Of a DNA stretch of 64,000 bases, positions 57,706 through 64,000 are shown one piece after another (positions within the stretch are counted from its first letter, which is position 1; each line of letters opens with the position of its first letter). The notes under the pieces were generated by a model. That model saw nothing but the letters and a program-made list of their open reading frames with translations, searched no databases and had not been told where the DNA came from. The position numbers and the translations under genes are program-made. The stretch comes from Abditibacteriota bacterium (GTDB taxonomy: Bacteria > Armatimonadota > UBA5829), in the NCBI GenBank assembly GCA_017445025.1, contig JAFSVJ010000090.1:156-64155 (forward strand), read 5' to 3'.

Positions 57706-58551
57706 ATGACTACAAAAGAATTAGCTTGGAAAATAAGAAGACATGGAATAGAAATGACCCACATATCTGCAGCCTCTCATATAGGTTCTGTTTTGTCGGT
57801 TGCGGATATAATAGCAGTGCTATATAATGATATATTAAATATAGATCCTAAAAATCCCAAAAAGGAAGACAGAGACAGGTTTATTCTTTCAAAAGGTCAC
57901 GCCGCCGCAAGTGTTTATGCGGCGTTGGCTGAAAAAGGTTTTTTTGATGTTAAGGAATTAAAAACTTTTTATTCTGATAATTCTAAATTTTTGGGACATA
58001 TAAGTAAAGAGATTGACGGAGTTGAATTTTCTTCCGGCTCCTTAGGGCACGGCTTGCCGGTTGCCGCAGGCTTAAGTTATGTGGCAAAGAAAGAGAATAA
58101 ACCTTTTTATTCCTATGTGGTTATGGGTGACGGTGAATGTGACGAAGGTTCTGTTTGGGAGGCTGCACTCTTTGCTCATCATTTTAAATTGGATAATTTG
58201 GTTGCTATTATTGATTATAACAAAATGCAGAGTTTAACAACCTGTGAAAAAACCATAAGCCTTGAACCTTTCGGAAGTAAATGGAAGGCTTTCGGGTGGA
58301 ATGTTATAGAATGTGACGGGCATAACATAGAAGAGTTGAAATATTCATTGTCAAAAGATAGATCGGTAAAAGATAAACCTACTCTTGTTATAGCAAATAC
58401 CGTTAAAGGAAAAGGGGTTTCCTTTATGGAAAATAACATTTTATGGCATTACAGATACCCCCATGAAGGCGAAGAGTATGATAATGCTCTAAAAGAATTA
58501 AGAGCTCAAAAACCAGATGGATGTATAGATCCCTATGAGGTAACAAAATGA
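57706..58551 (+). CDS. Transketolase, N-terminal (TPP-binding) subunit
   Basis: GSVLSVADIIAVLY, SKGHAA and GSLGHGLPVAAG..MGDGECDEGSVWEA. The TTG at 57688 is an alternative start. Confidence 0.88.
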   Translation: MTTKELAWKIRRHGIEMTHISAASHIGSVLSVADIIAVLYNDILNIDPKNPKKEDRDRFILSKGHAAASVYAALAEKGFFDVKELKTFYSDNSKFLGHISKEIDGVEFSSGSLGHGLPVAAGLSYVAKKENKPFYSYVVMGDGECDEGSVWEAALFAHHFKLDNLVAIIDYNKMQSLTTCEKTISLEPFGSKWKAFGWNVIECDGHNIEELKYSLSKDRSVKDKPTLVIANTVKGKGVSFMENNILWHYRYPHEGEEYDNALKELRAQKPDGCIDPYEVTK

Positions 58552-59471
58552 GAGATACCTTTGTTAAAACCTTAATTGATTTGGCTAAGTCGGATAGTAA
58601 TATTGAATTAATAACCGGAGATATGGGCTTTGGAGTTTTAAAACCTTTTTGGGAAGCCCTGCCCAATCAATTTACCAATGCAGGTATTGCAGAACAAAAT
58701 ATGACCGGTATTGCAGTAGGTATGGCCTTAGAAGGCAAAACCGTATTTAATTATTCAATATGTAATTTTCCCACTCTCAGATGTTTGGAGCAGATAAGAA
58801 ACGATTGCACATATCATAATGCAAATGTTAAAATAGTAAGTGTAGGCGGTGGATTTGAATACGGTCCTTTGGGTATGAGTCATCATACTACGGAAGATAT
58901 AGCTGTAATGAGATCCTTGCCTAATATGATTGTATGCGCTCCCGGTGATCCGACGGAAACTAAGCTGATTACCGAATTGATAACAAATCATAAAGGAACT
59001 TGTTATTTAAGATTGGGGCGAGGTAATAATAAAACATTTCATAATAATTTACCTAAATTGAAATTAGGAGAAGCAATCCCTTTAATTGAGGTAAGTGATA
59101 ATACAAAAGTTGCTGTTTTTTCAACGGGAGCAATATTAGATGAAGCTTTTGATGCAACCGAAGATTTAAACAATAAGGGTATTAAAACAGCTCTTTACAG
59201 TTTTCCGACAGTAAAACCTATTGATAAAAAAACCATACTTCATGTTGCAAGTAAAGTTGATTTAATAGTTTCCTTAGAGGAACATAATGTTATAGGCGGT
59301 TTTGGAAGCAGTGTTGCCGAAGTATTGGCTGAAAACAGAAATAAGGCTTGCTTGAAAATAATGGGGATAAGAGATACATACACCAATGTGTGCGGTTCTC
59401 AAAAATATTTAAGACATTTATTTGGAATAGATGCAGAGTCAATAGTAAAAGAAGTGGTAGGGAGGATTTGA
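58548..59471 (+). CDS. Transketolase, C-terminal (pyrimidine-binding) subunit
   Basis: FTNAGIAEQNMTGIAVGMALEGK and GPLGMSHHTTEDIAVMRSLPNM. There is an ATGA overlap with the N-terminal subunit. Confidence 0.88.
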   Translation: MRDTFVKTLIDLAKSDSNIELITGDMGFGVLKPFWEALPNQFTNAGIAEQNMTGIAVGMALEGKTVFNYSICNFPTLRCLEQIRNDCTYHNANVKIVSVGGGFEYGPLGMSHHTTEDIAVMRSLPNMIVCAPGDPTETKLITELITNHKGTCYLRLGRGNNKTFHNNLPKLKLGEAIPLIEVSDNTKVAVFSTGAILDEAFDATEDLNNKGIKTALYSFPTVKPIDKKTILHVASKVDLIVSLEEHNVIGGFGSSVAEVLAENRNKACLKIMGIRDTYTNVCGSQKYLRHLFGIDAESIVKEVVGRI

Positions 59472-59517
59472 TAATATTTTTTCATTTACTTAGTATTTTG
59501 AATATGTGTTATAATAA

Positions 59518-60614
59518 ATGAGAATTTTATTTTTGGTAAATCATTACAATACTCTGAGAGTATTTCGTAAAGAACTTTTGATAAAACTTAATAAAGAAGG
59601 TCATAAGGTTTTTATATCTCTTCCTGCCGATAAAGAAGTATATATGAATGAATTAAAATCCTTTGGGTGCGAGATATTCCTACTCCGATAGAGAGGCGAG
59701 GAACTAACCCTGTAAAGGATTTTAAACTATTTTTAGTATATAAAAAAATTATTAAAGATATAAGCCCTGATGTGGTATTTACCTATACGGTAAAACCTAA
59801 TATTTACGGAATTAAAGCCGCAAGTGAATTAAAGGTCCCTTCTATTGCAACCGTCACAGGTTTGGGGTCAGCCTTTCAAGGGGAAGGCTTTGGCAAAAAA
59901 ATACTTGTATTATTGTATAGATGGGCTTTGCATAATGCCTCAAAAGTTTTTTTTCAAAACCGGTCTGACAGAGATACCTTTGTTGATTTGAGGATAGTTG
60001 ATAAAAAAAAATCACTTGTTGCTCCCGGGTCGGGAGTAAATACAGACGACTTTTCCTATAAAGAATATCCAAATGAAGATAATAGTTTAAATTTCCTTTT
60101 TGTGGGACGAATTATGAAAGAGAAAGGAATAGATGAACTTTTTGAGGTAATTGAGAAACTTAATGAAAATTATAATAATTTAAAGTTCAAATTTATAGGT
60201 TGGTATGAAGATAACTATAAAGATAGGGTAGAACAATTGGTTAAAAAAGGTTATATAACCTATGAAGGCTTTCAACCGGATGTGAGACCTTTTATAGAAA
60301 AATGTCATTGTTTGGTTATTCCTTCATATCACGAAGGAATGAATAACTCCCTTCTTGAAGCTCAGGCTATGGGTAGACCTGTAATTACTACAAATGTTCC
60401 CGGTTGTAAGGAAACTCTTATAGATGGGGAAACAGGGTTTTTGTGTGAAGTTAAGAGTGTGGAAAGCTTATATAACAGAATGGTGGATTTTATAAGCCTT
60501 CCCTATGAAGAAAAAATTAATATGGGCAAGAGAGGCCGCCGGTTAATGGTTATGAAGTTTAGAAAAGAAATAGTTGTAGATATGTATTTAGAAGAATTAA
60601 TGAAAATTAGCTGA
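59518..60614 (+). pseudogene. GT4-family glycosyltransferase interrupted by a frameshift near 59678..59691
   Basis: The ORF from the ATG at 59518 (MRILFLVNHYNTLRVFRKELL...FGCEIFLLR*) stops at 59689..59691. The continuation (..DIPTPIERRGTNPVKD...EGMNNSLLEAQAMGRPVITTNVPGCKE) is in another frame from 59667. Together they form a normal GT4 protein. Confidence 0.65.
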
Positions 60615-60637
60615 AAGCAGAGATTTGGGAGATTATA

Positions 60638-61744
60638 ATGCCTATTCGTGTTCTTTGTATATTTGATACTTTGGAAATAGGTGGTTCCGAAACATTTATA
60701 TTAAATGTTTTTAGAAATATGGACCGAAATCTTGTTATGTTTGATTTTGTTGTTCATACCCCTATAAAAGGGGCTTTAGAAGATGAGATAACAGCCTTAG
60801 GAGGAAAAATATACAGATTACCTCGCCTTTCTTTTAATAATTTTATTTCATATTATAAGGATTTTGACAAATTGTTAAAAGAACATCCGGAGTATAAAAT
60901 TGTTTATGACCACAATTATAATATGGCATCTTTCTATATGAAAATTGCCAATAACAACAACAGAATATCAATATGTCATTGTCATAGTAAAAACACGGGT
61001 TTTAACGGAAATTGGATTTTCAAACAAATCAATAGGCTCTTTGTGAAAAATATAGCAAATCACAGGTTTGCCTGCAGTCCCGCAGCGGGGAAGTATCTCT
61101 TCGGAAATAAGGATTTTACTGAAATAAAAAACGGAATAGAAACAAGAAATTTCAGATTTAATCCAAAAACAAGAGAAAGTGTCAGAAGGGAATTTGGTTT
61201 TGGTGCGGAAAGTGTGGTTTTAGGTCATATCGGCAAGTTTCGCAGGCCAAAAAACCATAGTTTTTTGATTGATATATTTAGAGATTATAATAAACTTAAC
61301 CCTGATTCTTATTTGATTTTGGTAGGAGTGGGGGAATATGTGGAGCAGACCAAAGCCAAAGCAAAAAAATATGGCATTGAAGACAAAGTCTTGTTTTTGG
61401 GAAAGAGATATGATGTAGCGGACCTTATGCAAGCTATGGATTTGTTCTTATTTCCTTCATTATATGAAGGGTTGGGAATTGTTATTGTGGAAGCCCAAGG
61501 GGCAGGACTGAAAAGCATTATAGCAAATACTATTCCCAAGGAAGTTATATTATGTTCGGATTTGGTTAAAGCATTACCTATTGATGAAGGAACCGCTCCC
61601 TGGGTTAATGAAATTAAGGATAATTTAGGTTACAAGAGAGAGGATACCTCAGATATATTGATTAAATCGGGGTATGATATCAGTTATACTGCAGAATATT
61701 TGACGGACTATTTTACTAAAATTTTAAAAGATACACGAAAATGA
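60638..61744 (+). CDS. GT4-family glycosyltransferase
   Basis: 368 aa, N-terminus IRVLCIFDTLEIGGSE, C-terminus PSLYEGLGIVIVEAQGAGL. Confidence 0.8.
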   Translation: MPIRVLCIFDTLEIGGSETFILNVFRNMDRNLVMFDFVVHTPIKGALEDEITALGGKIYRLPRLSFNNFISYYKDFDKLLKEHPEYKIVYDHNYNMASFYMKIANNNNRISICHCHSKNTGFNGNWIFKQINRLFVKNIANHRFACSPAAGKYLFGNKDFTEIKNGIETRNFRFNPKTRESVRREFGFGAESVVLGHIGKFRRPKNHSFLIDIFRDYNKLNPDSYLILVGVGEYVEQTKAKAKKYGIEDKVLFLGKRYDVADLMQAMDLFLFPSLYEGLGIVIVEAQGAGLKSIIANTIPKEVILCSDLVKALPIDEGTAPWVNEIKDNLGYKREDTSDILIKSGYDISYTAEYLTDYFTKILKDTRK

Positions 61745-62823
61745 ATTTATTTATTGTTGTTCCTATATGGTTGTTAGTTTTATACTTTTTAACGAAAAAT
61801 AATAAACAGATAACTCAAAGTTCCTTACTTGTCAGATTTTTGGTCTGTGTGCCTTTAATTCTATTTGCCACATTCAGAGGCACGGCGGAGATGAATGATA
61901 CAGGAAGTTATGTTGAGCACATTTTAAATACTCCACTAAATATGGGAGAATTTTTGGATTATTTGTCTGATAGAAGTGACAAACTATTTTATATTATTAT
62001 ATATATATTTAAGCTATTAAATTCCAATTGGCACTTTGTCCTTTTTGGAATTGCTACTGCGCAGATTCTGATTATAAGCAGGTTTTTTAAGAATTATTCC
62101 ATAAGTTATTTGTTAAGTATTTTGATTTTTGTTTTATCGGGGGATTATACTTCTTTTATTTTATTTGGAATGAAACAAGGGCTTGCCATAGCAATATCTC
62201 TACTCTCTATTCCCTTCTTTATGCAAAAAAAATGGATACCTGCGATTCTGATAATACTTATAGCTGCACAAATACATGCATCATTATACTTTATTATACC
62301 TTTAATGTTTTTTATTAATGATGAGCCTTTTAGCAAAAAAACTCTTTTGATAACATTTGGTTTTATTATATTTTTGGCTACATTTTCACAATTTTCCACA
62401 TTTATTGCCCAATATTGGGCAGATCACAAAGGCCAAGAGTTTACAGGAGACTTTTTTATGGGAAGAGGTATGAATGCCACAAGATTGGTTTTTGATATAC
62501 CTTTTCTTTTAGCTTTATTTAACTACAAGAAAATACAAAACATAAAAGATCCTGTATTAGCTGTGTGTATAAACGGAGCCATGTTTCATTTCTTTATCTC
62601 TGTGTTGGCTTGTTTTACTACAGGGGTATTTGTAGGAAGATTTGCTTGGTGCTTTGCTATATTTAACAGTGTTTTATTGCCCTGGGAATTGGAGAATTTA
62701 TTTGAAAACAAAGACAAAAAACTCATGTATCCTATTTTTATTGTTTTGTATATTTTGATTTATACATTCCTATTGTTTTATTATGAAACTGTGGGTATAA
62801 AACAATTTGACCTACCCATTTAG
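61741..62823 (+). CDS. EpsG/Wzy-like polysaccharide polymerase membrane protein
   Basis: 360 aa with ~10 TM helices, sited in a glycan locus. There is an ATGA overlap with the upstream GT. Confidence 0.6.
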   Translation: MNLFIVVPIWLLVLYFLTKNNKQITQSSLLVRFLVCVPLILFATFRGTAEMNDTGSYVEHILNTPLNMGEFLDYLSDRSDKLFYIIIYIFKLLNSNWHFVLFGIATAQILIISRFFKNYSISYLLSILIFVLSGDYTSFILFGMKQGLAIAISLLSIPFFMQKKWIPAILIILIAAQIHASLYFIIPLMFFINDEPFSKKTLLITFGFIIFLATFSQFSTFIAQYWADHKGQEFTGDFFMGRGMNATRLVFDIPFLLALFNYKKIQNIKDPVLAVCINGAMFHFFISVLACFTTGVFVGRFAWCFAIFNSVLLPWELENLFENKDKKLMYPIFIVLYILIYTFLLFYYETVGIKQFDLPI

Positions 62824-63300
62824 GATCAAAAATGGAAAATCAAAAATCAAAAGAGAAAAATAAACGATAAGCTTTAGGCTTGTCATATCTATATCCCTCC
62901 GTTGCCCCCGGGTTGTTAGTTTAGGTTATTAGGCTTCTATCATAAATTTGCAATTCTATGCAAATTTATTCCTGACCACCCCCGGCTTCGCCGGTCCCCC
63001 CTCCTTGAAAGGAAAATTGCGGATGCAATTTTCAGTTCAAAGAGGATGAATCTATTAACTTGGGTTGTTGGCTTAAATTGTTAGGCTTCTATCGTAAATT
63101 TGCAATTCTATGCAAATTTACTCCTGACCACCCACCATTCGCTTTGCGAATGGTCCCCCCTCCTTGAACGAAAAATTGCGGATGCAATTTTTACTTCAAG
63201 GAGGGTGAATCTATCAACTTAGGCTTTTTGCCGCAACAGAGCCTTTACCTCGCAAAGCGAGGGAATGCAAAAGGGGAGATAAACGATAAGTGTAATTATG
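62824..63300 (+). repeat. Mosaic repeat cluster with two tandem copies of the ~155-bp structured unit
   Basis: Heptads (AAAATCAAAAATCAAAA) come first, then unit A 62909..63061 and unit B 63062..63220, which are collinear and highly similar by eye. These are followed by the CCTCGCAAAGCGAGGGAATGCAAAAGGGGAG module. ATAAACGATAAG occurs at both 62860..62871 and 63279..63290. Confidence 0.85.
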
Positions 63301-63321
63301 TTCGGAGGAAAGGAGATTTAA

Positions 63322-64000
63322 ATGAAAAAAACTATTTTTGTCAGTATGTTATTACTGTTACTTACCGCTGTGTGTATGGCACAGACACCTGATTACACCT
63401 TTAACCCAAATCTTTCGCCAATAAAATACGGTGTAGAGTTTTTTACAGAAGAAGGACATGGCAGTCACAGGGCTGTTGTGGAAGTAAAGGAACCTTCCCG
63501 GGCTGTTTTGGCTCACCTTGAATGGAGAAGGCATGACACGGATCCTGACTCTAAAGGGGTTGTAGTTGAAAATGCAAAAGGGCAAGTTGTAAATTCTGCT
63601 TCCTTTAACGTCACAGATATGACAGGTGATGTGGTATTTCAAGCAGATACTCCGGGCAAATATTATATCTACTATATGCCTTTTTATCCCACTCATTCAT
63701 ATTTCATTGAAAAAAGTGAATATTTCTCTCCCGTCAGCAAGGCTGACAAGGGTTGGCTAAGCAATAATGCCCTTGATGGTGATACTGTAGACCTTTCAGG
63801 TTTTCCTAAGGCAGAACAAATAGAGATTCAGTCAAAGGATGATTTTAACTCTTTCTATCCTATGGAAGTTCCCGCAAGTGATGAAGAAATAGCACAAATG
63901 ACAAAAAACATTACCACTCCTTACATGGTTTTTGCGGAAGACAGGCTTTTCCAAATAAGGATGAAGAAAAATGTCCCTTATAAATGGTATAAAAGCGGTG
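63322..64000 (+). CDS. Secreted protein, 3'-truncated by the window edge; possibly a glycoside-hydrolase-associated family
   Basis: The ATG at 63322 follows AGGAGA. A signal peptide MKKTIFVSMLLLLLTAVCMAQ is present. The frame is open to the end of the window by hand translation. The family assignment is only a weak recollection. Confidence 0.65.
   Translation, partial: MKKTIFVSMLLLLLTAVCMAQTPDYTFNPNLSPIKYGVEFFTEEGHGSHRAVVEVKEPSRAVLAHLEWRRHDTDPDSKGVVVENAKGQVVNSASFNVTDMTGDVVFQADTPGKYYIYYMPFYPTHSYFIEKSEYFSPVSKADKGWLSNNALDGDTVDLSGFPKAEQIEIQSKDDFNSFYPMEVPASDEEIAQMTKNITTPYMVFAEDRLFQIRMKKNVPYKWYKSG

Noticed and set aside
59667-59691. Programmed ribosomal frameshift in the GT4 gene
   Set aside because: There is no slippery heptamer and no downstream stimulatory structure at the overlap. 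A simple 1-nt indel, either a mutation or a sequencing error, explains it more economically, so it is reported as a frameshift or pseudogene instead.
63358-63696. 112-aa minus-strand ORF near the window end
   Set aside because: It is antisense to a plus-strand ORF that has a strong RBS and a signal peptide and stays open to the window edge.

Overview
This is a low-GC (roughly mid-30s % by eye) bacterial chromosomal segment, mostly housekeeping genes. Part 1, contents: a complete F1Fo ATP synthase operon (atpZ-I-B-E-F-H-A-G-[insert]-D-C); secA; three paralogous GntR-HTH/sugar-binding-fold regulators; a DUF1559 (H-X9-DG) pseudopilin; ispE; and two tandem SLH-domain/coiled-coil/beta-barrel outer-membrane porin paralogs. 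It also holds tRNA-Ala(GGC), a presenilin/SPP-like membrane protein translationally coupled to mrdA (PBP2), three BspA-type LRR proteins and a GH42 beta-galactosidase. Further genes are ackA and pta (separated by inserted genes), coaD, pfkA, mtaB, a P-type cation ATPase, rluD, recJ and a ~7.8 kb glycan-biosynthesis cassette. That cassette encodes an acyltransferase, a phosphoglycosyl transferase, an aldo-keto reductase, a split transketolase, two GT4 genes (one frameshifted) and an EpsG/Wzy-like polymerase. Promoters are strikingly uniform (TGnTATAAT, often with TTGACA at 17-18 nt). Most operons end in clear hairpin plus T-run terminators. Part 2, the most unusual signal: a pervasive family of GC-rich, mosaic, nested-hairpin repeats fills nearly every long intergenic spacer. 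Their termini are tandem heptads (AAATCAC / AAATCAA / AATGCAA). Hairpin stems differ between copies but keep perfect pairing. One copy pair forms ~80-bp inverted repeats around a four-helix-bundle (23S-IVS/Avd-like) gene inserted between atpG and atpD. One copy sits in-frame inside mtaB. Direct copies bracket the glycan cassette. Other notable items are the bacterial SPP-like GxGD protease next to PBP2, an orphan EndoU-like toxin fragment with a DUF4417 gene, mosaic porin paralogs, a Na+-like c-subunit motif, a truncated epsilon subunit and a frameshifted glycosyltransferase. Taxonomy cannot be established from the window. SLH-porins, DUF1559 pseudopilins and a cyanobacterial-type c-subunit motif hint at a low-GC diderm such as a Vampirovibrionia/Melainabacteria-like lineage, but this is unverified. 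No rRNA, CRISPR array or transposase gene was seen.
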